A stretch of DNA of 64,000 nt from an uncultured Gammaproteobacteria bacterium (GTDB taxonomy: Bacteria; Pseudomonadota; Gammaproteobacteria; Steroidobacterales; Steroidobacteraceae). A program made the position numbers and the translations under genes. The DNA lies in the NCBI GenBank assembly GCA_963710135.1, contig CAVPYY010000010.1, positions 65,833 through 129,832 of the forward strand, in the 5' to 3' direction. The notes under the pieces were generated by a model, which saw only the letters and a list, made by a program, of their open reading frames with translations, had not been told where the DNA came from and ran no database searches. Position 1 is the stretch's first letter. Every line of letters starts with the position of its first letter. Positions 33,635 through 44,833 of the stretch are shown piece after piece.

Positions 33635-34993
33635 TCACCACAAGGCGGGACGCTGCTCCCAGCGCGGCCGCAGCGCCGTCTCGCCCGCCTCGGCCGCGAA
33701 TCGCGCGTCGATCCAGAGATCGCCGACCGCCACCGGCTCCTGGCCGTGCCACAGCACCGGGATCCGCGGGCGCATCCACGGGACGATTCCATTTTCCTGG
33801 AAAAGGTTCTTGAGGGTCCGCGAACGCGCGCCGGCGGCAGGCTTGAGCCGCTCACCACCCGTACGCGACCGCCAGGTCAGTCTCTCCTGCAGTCGCCGCG
33901 TCGCCAGGCCCTCGCCGACTGCGGAAACCAGGCTGATCTGCCCCTGGCCGGGTCCCAGCACCAGCGGGTCCTCGGCGCCGCGCGCCTCGCCGGGGGCCAG
34001 CGACGGCGCGGCGAGCGGCGGCATGGCGTACAGCCAGCCGCGATAGCGGCGCACTTCGCCCTTTGCCCAGCTCACCAGCGGCAGAGCCTCGTCGCGCGCG
34101 CCGAGGACGTCATCGAGGATCGCTCCCAGGCGCGCCGCCGACGGCATGCCAAGACCCTGCCCGGCGATCCACCAGCGCAGCAGGTTGACCTGCCGCACCC
34201 GCGGCAGGCTCGCGAGACCGTCCACGGAAAGCCGCGAGCCGTCCAGCCGCGAGACACTGTCCAATGCGGCGAGCTGCCCGAGCAGTTCGCGCGCCTCGCC
34301 CAGATGGGCGGCGCTGCGCGCGACGGTGCGCGCCAGGCCCGGCCAGCGCTCGCGCATGGCGGGCAGCACCTCGCTGCGCAGCCAGGCGCGGTCGAAACGC
34401 CCGTCGACGTTCATCGGATCGTCGACCCAGTGGAGCCCGTTGGCGCGGGCGTAGTCGATCAGGCTGCTGCGATCGACGTCGAGCAGCGGGCGCAGATGCA
34501 GGCCCGGCCCGAGCGGCGCGGCACGCGGCATGGCGGCGAGACCGGCCACGCCGGCACCGCGCACCAGCTGCAGCAACAGGGTTTCGAGCTGATCGTCGCG
34601 ATGATGGGCCGTCAGCAACGCCTCGCCGGGCGCCAGCCGCCCGGCCAATGCGGCATAGCGCGCGTCGCGCGCCACGGCCTCCACGCTCGCACCCGGCGTC
34701 GCCGGAAGCGCCAGACGCAGCGTTTCCATGGGAATGCCGTGATGCCGGCAGAAATCCGCGCAGACCGCGGCCCAGCTGGCCGATGCCGGCTGCAGGCCGT
34801 GATCGACATGCAGCGCGCGCAGGACGACGGCCGGCTCGAGATCCGCCAGCCTGCGCGCGGCGTGCAGCAGCGCCATGGAATCGACACCGCCGGAGAAGGC
34901 GACGCATAGCCGCACCGCGGGGAAGGCCGGCAGCTGCTCACGCAACAGCGCGGCCAGCACCTCGGGCGAAAAGCCTGACGGCTCAGCGGCCAT
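33635..34993 (-). CDS. tilS: tRNA(Ile)-lysidine synthase
   Basis: 452 aa with the PP-loop VAFSGGVDSMALL, plus TilS substrate-binding and C-terminal domains. It lies next to accA. Confidence 0.85.
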   Translation of the reverse strand: MAAEPSGFSPEVLAALLREQLPAFPAVRLCVAFSGGVDSMALLHAARRLADLEPAVVLRALHVDHGLQPASASWAAVCADFCRHHGIPMETLRLALPATPGASVEAVARDARYAALAGRLAPGEALLTAHHRDDQLETLLLQLVRGAGVAGLAAMPRAAPLGPGLHLRPLLDVDRSSLIDYARANGLHWVDDPMNVDGRFDRAWLRSEVLPAMRERWPGLARTVARSAAHLGEARELLGQLAALDSVSRLDGSRLSVDGLASLPRVRQVNLLRWWIAGQGLGMPSAARLGAILDDVLGARDEALPLVSWAKGEVRRYRGWLYAMPPLAAPSLAPGEARGAEDPLVLGPGQGQISLVSAVGEGLATRRLQERLTWRSRTGGERLKPAAGARSRTLKNLFQENGIVPWMRPRIPVLWHGQEPVAVGDLWIDARFAAEAGETALRPRWEQRPALW

Positions 34994-35050
34994 CGCCGCG
35001 GCGCTCAGGGCACGCGACTGCGCGCGCAGCGCTGGCCTGACGCGGCGTCA

Positions 35051-36010
<960 letters not shown>

Positions 36011-36131
36011 GTTCTGCCCATAGGCTTTTCCCCGCGCGCAGTGTAGCGCACCCGCCGCTGCCGCCAAGTTCGGGGCCCGGATCCGGTCGCAGGACACCCG
36101 CGGTCAGCGCGGCCGGCGTCGCGCCCGGACA

Positions 36132-36321
36132 CCGCCGGGGACTGGCACCGCGGGCACGACGTTGCTTGTGGCACGATCTCACGAGCGGTGCCTGTCCCCT
36201 CCTGTGCCCGGCGGGCTCCGACGCGGACCGACACCGCGGGGGACTGGCACCGCGGGCACGACGTTGCTTGTGGCACGACCTTACGAGCGGTGCCTGTCCC
36301 CTCCTGTGCCCGGCGGGCTCC
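36132..36321. repeat. two tandem ~88-nt units (period 102 nt)
   Basis: ccgc[c/g]ggggactggcaccgcgggcacgacgttgcttgtggcacga..acgagcggtgcctgtcccctcctgtgcccggcgggctcc occurs at 36132-36219 and 36234-36321, with about 4 differences. Confidence 0.85.
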
Positions 36322-36684
36322 CTACTTCCGTGGCCCCTTCCTCCGTTCGGGAAGCCAAACTCACTACGGAAGGGGCCACGGTCGTCTTCGCCCGCCTGTG
36401 AAACGAGAGCCCCGATGAGGCGTGCCTAACCACGGGTGAGTGCCTGAGCGGGGACAGTCCCCTGCGGGGACAGTCCCCAGCGCAGGTCGAGGACGACTGT
36501 AGGCCTCTTGCGAGCGACTTTTGGCTTTCGGAGCGAGCAAGAGGCTCTACAGGAGTAGAGAGACCCGCGCAGTTGAGGCCGCTCCGCGGGATGCCTTCAC
36601 CGGTGGCAAGAGCCTGGAGGGGACAGTCCCCTGCGGGGACAGTCGCCCGCCGTCGGCAGTCCCCGCGGCGGCAGTCCCCGCGGG
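36132..36684. repeat. mosaic cluster B of REP-like palindromic repeats (inverted copy of cluster A plus extra tandem units)
   Basis: Positions 36306-36685 are the reverse complement of 22544-22927 with few mismatches. This includes GGGGACAGTCCCC pairs at 36450-36478 and 36619-36647, and the GTAG...CTAC hairpin at 36499-36550. The cluster abuts the dnaE stop codon (36685-36687). Confidence 0.85.
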
Positions 36685-39600
36685 TCAGCCGTCGAGGCGC
36701 GGGCCGTAGAGCACGCGGACGCCGTCGCGCCCGACCAGCTGCCCGAGGCGCTCGATGAGCTCCCTGGTCGGGCGGACCAGCCACTCGTCGCCGAGCGTGA
36801 TGGCCGCCCGCGCGTCGCCCGTCGAGTACTGCAGCGCCACGCCGCACTGGCCGCTGAGGTACGGGCGCAGGACCTCTTCCAGCTCGCCGACGAGGCGTGC
36901 GCCGTTGCCGTTGGTCGGCCAGCGCAGCAGGATCTTGCGCGCCTCGCGCTCGCGGATCTCGTCGACCGGCGTCAGCTTGCGCGCATTCAGGCGCCAGTCC
37001 TCGATGAAGTCGTCGAAGCGCAGCTGGCCCTCGATCACCAGGATCGCGTCGCGGCTGATGACGTGGCGATACTGCTGGAAGGTGTCCTCGAACAGCGAGA
37101 CCTCCAGGCGGCCGCTGCGGTCGTCGAGGATCAGCGTGGTGCGATTGCCGCGCTTGCGGATCTCCAGCACCAGCCCGGCGAGCGTCACCTGCTTGCCACC
37201 GCCGAAGCCGAAGCCGCGCGACTCGCCGACCGGCCGGCCGGAGGCGACGTCGGCGATGCGGCCCGAGACGATGCCCGCCAGCTCGCGCTCGTATTCGGCG
37301 ATGGGGTGTCCGGTCAGGTACAGGCCGAGCGTGTCGCGCTCGCCCTGCAGGCGCACCGCCTCGGGCCACTCCGGCACCGCCTCGCTCGGCAGCGGTGGCG
37401 GCGCCAGCGCCTCGTCGTCCGGCGCGGCCAGGCCGAACAGGTCCACCTGCCCGGCCAGCGCGGCGCGGGTGTTCTGCTCGCCGAGCTGCAGCGCCGCCGG
37501 CAGCTGGTGGGCCAGCGTCGCGCGGTTCGGGCCCGAGCGAGTCCATGCACCCCGCGCGGATCAGCGCGTCCAGCGTGCGCCGGTTGAGCTTGCCGGGATC
37601 CACGCGGCGGCACAGGTCGCCGAGATCCCGGAACGGCCCGCCCGCCTCGCGTTCCGCCATCAGGGCCTCGACGGCGCCCTGGCCGACGCCCTTCACGGCG
37701 CCGAGCCCGTAGCGGATGGTGCGCGGATCCGCGACCGTAAACTGGTAGACGGACTCGTTCACGTCCGGCGGCAGTACGACGAGCCCGATGCTGGCGCATT
37801 CGTCGATGATGGTGACCACCTTCTCGGTGCGATCCATGTCGGACGACAGCACCGCCGCCATGAACTCCGCCGGATAGTGCGCCTTGAGCCAGGCGGTCTG
37901 GTACGACAGCAGCGCGTAGGCGGCGGAGTGCGACTTGTTGAAGCCGTAGCCCGCGAACTTCTCCATGAGATCGAAGATGTGCGCGGCCTGCGCCTCGGGC
38001 ACGCCGCGGCTGGTGGCGCCCTCGACGAACACGGAGCGCTGCTTGGCCATCTCGTCGGGGTTCTTCTTGCCCATCGCCCGGCGCAGCAGGTCGGCGCCGC
38101 CCAGCGTGTAGCCGGCCAGCACCTGCGCGATCTGCATCACCTGTTCCTGGTAGAGGATCACGCCATAGGTCGGCTTCAGCGCGGCCTCGAGCGTCGGGTG
38201 CAGGTAGTCGATGGCGCCGACCGAGCGGCCGTGCTTGCGGGTGATGAAGTCGTCGACCATGCCCGACTGCAGCGGGCCCGGGCGGAACAGCGCGACCAGC
38301 GCCACGATGTCGTCGAAACAGTCGGGCTGCAGCCGCCGCATCAGGTCCTTCATGCCGCGCGACTCGAGCTGGAATACCGCGGTGGTGCGGCAGGCCTTCA
38401 GCAGCGCGTAGGTCGGCGCGTCGTCGAGCGGCAGCATCGACATGTCGAGTCGGGCTCGCCGCGCGCGCGGCGCCCGGTGTTGATCAGCGCCACGGCCCAG
38501 TCGATGATCGTCAGCGTGCGCAGGCCGAGGAAGTCGAACTTGACCAGCCCGGCCTTCTCGACGTCGTCCTTGTCGAACTGCGTGACGACGCTCTGGCTGC
38601 CCTGCTCGCAGAACAGCGGCGAGAAATCGGTCAGCACCGAGGGGGCGATCACCACGCCACCGGCGTGCGTGCCGGCGTTGCGCGCCAGCCCCTCCAGCGA
38701 CCGGGCCAGGTCGATCAGGTCGCGGACCTCGTCCTCGTTCTCGTAGCGGCGCTTGAGCTCGGGCTCCTTCTCGAGGGCGTCGTCGAGCGTGATGCCGAGC
38801 TCGAACGGTATGAGCTTGGCGATGCTGTCGACGAAGCCGTAGGGGTGGCCGAGGACGCGTCCGACATCGCGCACGACGGCCTTCGCGGCCATCGTGCCGA
38901 AGGTGATGATCTGCGAGACGTGATCGCGGCCGTACTTGCCGGCCACGTAGTCGATCACGCGGTCGCGACGCTCCATGCAGAAGTCGATGTCGAAGTCCGG
39001 CATGGACACGCGTTCCGGGTTCAGGAAGCGCTCGAACAGCAGGTCGTGCTGCAGCGGGTCGAGGTCGGTGATGCCGAGCACGTAGGCGACCAGCGAGCCG
39101 GCGCCGGAGCCGCGACCGGGACCGACGGGCACGTCGTTGTCCCGCGCCCAGCGAATGAAGTCGGCGACGATCAGGAAGTAGCCCTCGAAGCCCATCTGGC
39201 AGATGACGTCGAGCTCGAGCGTCAGTCGTTTCGCGTATTCTTCGCGCGCCACCGGCTTGATCTGCAGCGCCGGGCTCGCGTCGATCGCCGCCAGCCGCCG
39301 CCCCAGGCCGCGCTCGGATTCCACCCGCAGGAACTCCGTCACGGTCATGCCTGCCGGGACCGGGAACTCAGGCAGGAAGCTCTTGCCGAGCGCCACCTCG
39401 AGCGAGCAGCGGCGCGCGATCTCGACGGTGTTCTCGAGCGCCTCGGGCAGGTCGGCGAACAGCTCGGCCATTTCCTCGGCGTGCGCAGGTACTGGCGGTC
39501 CGAGTAGCGCCGCGGCCGCGCGGGATCGTCGAGCAGCATGCCGTCGCGGATGCACACCCGCGCCTCGTGCGCCTCGAAATCGCCGGCGACGAGGAAACGC

Positions 39601-40202
39601 ACGTCGTTGGTCGCGACCACCGGCGCCGGGTGCCGGGCGATCAGCGCCAGCGCCGCGCGGATGTACTCCTCCTCGCCGGGCCGACCGGTGCGCTGCACCT
39701 CGAGGTAGTAGCGGTCGCCGAACAGCGCGAGCCAGTCTTCCAGCAGGCGCGCCGCCTCGTCCTGCCGCCCGGCGAGCAGCGCGCGGCCGACGTCGCCCTC
39801 CCGCGCGCCGGACAGCGCGATCAGGCCGCGGGTCGCCGCGACGTCGAGCCACTCGCGCTGGACCAGCGGCACTCCGCGCTGCTGGCCCTCGAGATAGGCG
39901 CGCGACACCAGCCGCGTCAGGTTGCGGTAGCCCGCGTGATCCTTGGCGAGCAGCGTCAGGCGCGCCGGCTCGGCACGCTCGTCGGGCTCCGCCAGCAGCA
40001 GGTCGACGCCGATCAGCGGCTTGATGCCCCGCGACTGCGCCTCGCGATAGAACTTCACCATCGCGAACAGGTTGTTCTGGTCGGTGAGCGCGACCGCCGG
40101 CATGCCCGCCGCGGCGACCGCCTCCATCAGCTTCGGCACCCTGAGCACGCTGTCGACCAGCGAATACTCGGTGTGCACTCGCAGATGGACGAACTCGGGC
40201 AT
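36685..40202 (-). pseudogene. dnaE: DNA polymerase III alpha subunit, three frameshifts as sequenced
   Basis: ATG at 40200-40202 ([18 protein letters not shown]..., PHP domain). Recognisable DnaE sequence switches frame near 39,480 (YLRTP / [13 protein letters not shown]), 38,450 (RRARGEP / [10 protein letters not shown]) and 37,530 (CMDSLGP / [18 protein letters not shown]). The span of 3518 nt is not a multiple of 3. Confidence 0.93.
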
Positions 40203-40210
40203 GCGGGGCT

Positions 40211-40810
40211 TCACGCTGGCGACGGGACGGTCACCGATTTTACCGGCGTGAAGCTCCGCCGGTGCAGCCGGCATGGCCCGAGCCGCGCAAGTGCTTGAAC
40301 GTGCTGGGACGAGGGGTAGCCCTTGTGCGACTCGAAGCCGTATCCGGGATAAACGCGCGCGGCGGCGAGCATCCAGGCGTCCCGCCAGGTCTTGGCCAGG
40401 ATCGACGCCGCACCGACGGCCTCGAGCCGCGCATCGCCGCGCACTTCGGCGCGCCACTCGCAATCGAAGCCGAGATCCGCGGCCGAAGGCAGCCGGTTGC
40501 CGTCGACCTGCACGCAGGCCGGCGCTACCGTGAGGCCCAGCAGCGCGCGGCGCATCGCGAGCAGCGTGGCGCCGAGGATGTTGAGGGCGTCGATCTCCTC
40601 GGCATCGGCCATGCCCACCGCCCACACGGCCGCCCGGGCCCTGATCGCAGCGGCGAGCGCCTCGCGCCGGGCGGCGGTGAGGGTCTTGGAATCGGCCAGG
40701 CCGTCGATGGGGCGCCGCGGATCGAGGATGACCACCGCGGCCACCACCGGGCCCGCGAGCGGCCCCCGCCCGGCCTCGTCGACGCCCGCCACCAGGGGAA
40801 ATGGGGACAT
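40211..40810 (-). CDS. rnhB: ribonuclease HII
   Basis: ATG at 40808-40810 gives 199 aa with [27 protein letters not shown]...DSKTL...; intact. Confidence 0.9.
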   Translation of the reverse strand: MSPFPLVAGVDEAGRGPLAGPVVAAVVILDPRRPIDGLADSKTLTAARREALAAAIRARAAVWAVGMADAEEIDALNILGATLLAMRRALLGLTVAPACVQVDGNRLPSAADLGFDCEWRAEVRGDARLEAVGAASILAKTWRDAWMLAAARVYPGYGFESHKGYPSSQHVQALARLGPCRLHRRSFTPVKSVTVPSPA

Positions 40811-40849
40811 CTCGATTTCCTGGCCGTCCCGGGCGGGCCGGCAGTCGAG

Positions 40850-42003
40850 AATGTCCCCTTTTCCAGCAGGGCGAGCACGGCTTCGGCGGCGCGATCGCTG
40901 GCGCTTCGCCGCAGCTCGGCGTGAATGCCGGCGAACAGCTCGGCGATCTGGTCCCGCGCCGCAGGATCGTCCAGCCAGCGCTCGAGCTCGCGGCCGAGCC
41001 GCTCCGGCGTCACCTGCTCCTGGAAGATCTCGGGCACGACCTCGCGGCCCGCCAGCAGGTTCGGCTGGGCGAAGTGCGGCGACTTCATCAGCCCGAACGA
41101 CCGCAGCAGCCAGGCGGTCAGGCCGCCCAGCCGGTAGGCCACCACCATCGGCCGCTTGCACAGCAGGGTCTCGAGCGTCGCCGTGCCCGACGCCACCAGC
41201 GCGACGTCGCAGGCGGTGAGCGCGGTATCCGCCTGCGCATCGAGCAGGCGCACCTCGACGCCGGGGGCGGCGCTGGCGAGTGCCTGCGAGAACGCCTCGC
41301 GCACCGCCGCACCCGCCATCGGCGCCACGAACTGCAGGCCGGGCCGGCGCGCGGCGAGCCAGGCCGCCGTCGCGGCGAAATCCCGGCCGAGCCGTGCCAC
41401 CTCGCCCGCGCGGCTGCCCGGCAGGATCGCCACCACCTCCGCCTCGGCGCCAAGCCCGAGCGCCTGGCGCGCGGCGTGCCGGTCCGGCTCCAGCGGAATG
41501 CGATCGGCGAGCGGGTGGCCGACGAACTCGGCCGCGCACCCCGTGGCGATCGTAGAACTGCTTCTCGAAGGGCAGCAGGCACAGCACCAGGTCGATGAAG
41601 CGCGACATCTTCGCGCACCCGCCCCTGCCGCCACGCCCACACCTGCGGGCTGACGTACTGCACCGTTGGAATGCCGGCGGCATGCAGCGCCGGCGCCAGG
41701 TTCAGGTTGAATTCCGGGGCGTCGACGCCGACGAAAACGTCGGGGCGCGCCGCCAGGATGCGCTCGCGGATACCGCGTCGCAGGCGGAGCAGCCGCGGCA
41801 GGTGGCGTGAGCACCTCGAACAGCCCCATCACCGCCAGGCTCTCGGCGCTCTCCCAGGCTTCACAGCCCTCGGCCTGCATGCGCGGCCCGGCGATGCCGA
41901 AGAACTGCGCGTCCGGGCGCCGCGCCCGCACGGCGCGGATGAACCCGGCGCCGAGGTTGTCGCCGGAGACCTCCCCCGCGACGATGGCGATGCGCAGCGT
42001 CAC
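40850..42003 (-). pseudogene. lpxB: lipid-A-disaccharide synthase, at least 3 frameshifts; 3' end undefined
   Basis: MTLRIAIVAGEVSGDNLGAGFIRAV...GLFEVL reads in frame [12 protein letters not shown]...[15 protein letters not shown] is in frame B and [25 protein letters not shown] in frame C, then [10 protein letters not shown]... returns to frame A. The shifts fall at about 41,807, 41,612 and 41,533. There is no stop in the final frame before it runs into rnhB. Confidence 0.85.
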
Positions 42004-42006
42004 TGC

Positions 42007-42777
42007 CTACCGGACGATGCTGCGGGTCGCCGTCGGCAGGAAGTCCACGAACGCCTTGACCTCGGGCTGCGTGGCGCCCAGCGCGTTCAGCTGTTCCATC
42101 GCCTCGGCCAGCTTCAGCCCGTAGCGGTAGAGGATCCGGTAGGCGTTCTTGATGTTGGCGATCTGCGCGGCATCGAAGCCGCGGCGCTTCAGCCCCTCGG
42201 AGTTGATGCCGTGCGGCTCGGCGGGCGTACCCGAGATCATCAGGTAAGGCGGCACGTCGCGGGTCACCGCGGCGTTGTTGGCGAGAAACACGTGCGCACC
42301 GACCTTCACGAACTGGTGCACGCCGGCATAACCGCACATGATCACCCAGTCGCCGATCTCGACGTGCCCGGCCAGCACCGAGTAGTTGGACATGACGCAC
42401 TTGCTGCCGACGATGCAGTCGTGCGCCACGTGCGTGTAGGCCATGAACAGGTTGTCGTCCGCGATGCGGGTGACGCCGTGCCCACCCACGGTGCCGCGGT
42501 TGATGGTGCAGAATTCGCGGAACACGTTGCGATCGCCGATCTCGAGCCCCGTCGGCTCGCCCTGGTACTTCTTGTCCTGCGGCGCGTCGCCGATCGAGGC
42601 GAACTGGAAGATGCGGCAGTCGCGACCGATGGTGGTCGGCCCGTTGATCACCGCGTGCGGGCCGATCCGCGTTCCGGCGCCGATCTTCACCTCGGGCCCG
42701 ATCACCGCGAACGGGCCGACCTCGACGCTGGCGTCGAGCTCCGCCTCCGGCGAGACGAGCGCGCGGGGGTCGATCAC
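42007..42777 (-). CDS. lpxA: acyl-ACP--UDP-N-acetylglucosamine O-acyltransferase
   Basis: The GTG at 42775-42777 forms a GTGA overlap with the fabZ stop and gives [33 protein letters not shown]... It has hexapeptide repeats and a C-terminal helical domain; intact. Confidence 0.92.
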   Translation of the reverse strand: MIDPRALVSPEAELDASVEVGPFAVIGPEVKIGAGTRIGPHAVINGPTTIGRDCRIFQFASIGDAPQDKKYQGEPTGLEIGDRNVFREFCTINRGTVGGHGVTRIADDNLFMAYTHVAHDCIVGSKCVMSNYSVLAGHVEIGDWVIMCGYAGVHQFVKVGAHVFLANNAAVTRDVPPYLMISGTPAEPHGINSEGLKRRGFDAAQIANIKNAYRILYRYGLKLAEAMEQLNALGATQPEVKAFVDFLPTATRSIVR

Positions 42778-43229
42778 GACTTCGTCTCCGGCGCCACCAT
42801 CATGATCGCCGAGGCGACCTCCTTGCCGTCGACCTCGGCAACCGTCGAGAACTTCCAGATGCCCTTCAGGGCGCGCTCGAGCTTCGCCTTCAGCACCAGC
42901 TGGTCGCCGGGCTCGACGGGCCGACGGAAGCGGGCGCCGTCGATGCCGACGAAGAAGAACCGCGTCTCTTCGTCCGGAATGACGCCGGCGGTCTTGAAGG
43001 CCAGGATGCCGGCCGCCTGCGCCAGCGCCTCGAGGATCATCACGCCCGGCATCACCGGCCGGTGCGGGAAGTGCCCGGGAAAGAACGGCTCGTTGATGGT
43101 GACGTTCTTGATCGCCTCGATCGACTCCCCGGGCACGCAGGCGGTGACGCGGTCGACCAGCAGGAACGGGAAGCGATGCGGCAGCTGGCGCATCACGTCG
43201 TTGATGTCCATCGAGAACGGTTCGCTCAT
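42774..43229 (-). CDS. fabZ: 3-hydroxyacyl-ACP dehydratase FabZ
   Basis: ATG at 43227-43229 gives 151 aa with [13 protein letters not shown] and [19 protein letters not shown]; intact. Confidence 0.95.
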   Translation of the reverse strand: MSEPFSMDINDVMRQLPHRFPFLLVDRVTACVPGESIEAIKNVTINEPFFPGHFPHRPVMPGVMILEALAQAAGILAFKTAGVIPDEETRFFFVGIDGARFRRPVEPGDQLVLKAKLERALKGIWKFSTVAEVDGKEVASAIMMVAPETKS

Positions 43230-44259
43230 GATTCTTCCCCATCCTGGCCCTTGGCCTGTTTTCTTGTTGCCGCCAGACGGCGCTCCAGCCCGTCCAGGCG
43301 ACGGACGCGGGCGACGGTCTTGCGCCACTCCTCCGCGGGCACGGCCGGCATCCCGGACGAGTACGTGCCTGGCCCCTTCAGCGAGCGCGTGACCATCGTG
43401 AACCCCGTCACCAGCACATCGTCGCCGATCTCGAGATGCCCGACGACACCGACCACGCCGCCGAGCATGCAGCGCTTGCCGATGGTCGTGCTGCCGGAGA
43501 TGCCGACGCAGGCGGCGATCACCGTGTGCGCGCCGATCCTGACGTTATGTCCAACCTGCACCTGGTTGTCGAGCTTGACGCCGTCCTCGATCACGGTGTC
43601 GTCGATCGCGCCGCGGTCGACCGTGGTGTTCGCGCCGATCTCGACATCGTCGCCGATGCGCAGGCCGCCGACCTGGGGCACCTTGACGAAGCCGTCGCGA
43701 TCCGGCGCGAAGCCGAAGCCGTCCGCGCCGATCACGACGCCGGCGTGCAGTATCGCACGCGCGCCGATGCGCACTCCCGGGTAGACGGTCACGCGCGCCA
43801 CCAGGCGCGAGTCGGCGCCGATGTGCGCGCCGCGCATGACGATCGAGCCGGCGCCGATCACACAGCGCGCGCCGATTTCAGCGCCCTCCTCGATCACCGC
43901 CTGCGGGCCGACCGACGCATCGGCGGCGACCGTTGCGCCAGGATCGACCACGGCGCTCGGGTGGATGCCCGGCGGCTCCCGCCGGGCGGGATAGAGGTCC
44001 GCGGCGATGCGCGCGAACGTGGCGTAGGGATTGGCAGCGATCAGCGCGGCGACCGGGCAGTCGGCGGCGGCCGCGGCGTCGAGCACCACGGCGGTCGCGC
44101 GGGTCTCCGCGAGGTAACGGCGGTAGCGGGGATTGGCCAGGAAGGCGATCGTCGCCGGGCCGCGCTTGGCGAGCGTGCCGACGCCGCTCGCCACCGCGTC
44201 CGGATCGCCGGCGAGCTCGAGCCGAAGCGGACCGCCAGCTCGCCGAGGGTGAAGGTCAT
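43226..44259 (-). pseudogene. lpxD: UDP-3-O-acylglucosamine N-acyltransferase, one frameshift near the 5' end
   Basis: ATG at 44259 gives MTFTLGELAVRFG, then the frame is lost at ~44,222. The rest (LELAGDPDAVASGVGTLAKRGPATIAFLANPRY..., hexapeptide repeats) is in ORF 43226..44194. Confidence 0.9.
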
Positions 44260-44810
44260 GGCAGCGCCCCGGTCGCCCGTCGAGCGCCCGGAATCAGCGG
44301 GGCCTTGGCCTTCAGCGCGGCGACGACCTGGGCCGTGATGTCGACCGACTGGGCGGCGAACAGCACGCCGTCGCTGACGATCAGGTCTAGCCGTTGGCGC
44401 GCGCGTAGCTCTGCACTTCCTGCAGCAGCGAGCGCTGCAGCTTGCCGAACTCCTCGTTGCGCCGCAGGTTGGCGTCTTCCTGCAGTTCGTTGAAGCGCCG
44501 CGCCAGGTCGCGCTGGCCGTCGCGCAGCTCGCGCTCGGCCTTGGCCGCGGTCCGCCTCGGCCATGACGGCCGTGTCGCGCTTGAGCTTCTCTTCCTTCTC
44601 CTGCAGCGCCTTCTGCTGGTCCGCCAGCTCGCGCTGGCGCGGCAGGAACTCGGTCTCCAGCGCCTGCTGGGCGACCTGCGCCTGCGGCGACTCCTCGAGC
44701 AGCTTGGCGGTATTGACGACCCCCACCTTGACTTCGGCGGACGCCACCGCGGGCACCATGGCGATGGCAGCGACGGCGGCAATGAGACTGTGCTTGATGA
44801 TGCTCGACAT
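44256..44810 (-). pseudogene. skp: periplasmic chaperone Skp/OmpH, two frameshifts
   Basis: MSSIIKHSLIAAVAAIAMVPAVASA signal peptide, then KVGVVNTAKLLEESPQAQ... The frame switches at ~44,550 and ~44,390. At the second site SYARANG-TAG would read ...NGYDLIVSDGVL if one base were restored. Confidence 0.8.
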
Positions 44811-44833
44811 GACTGTGAAAACCCTCAGAAGGC

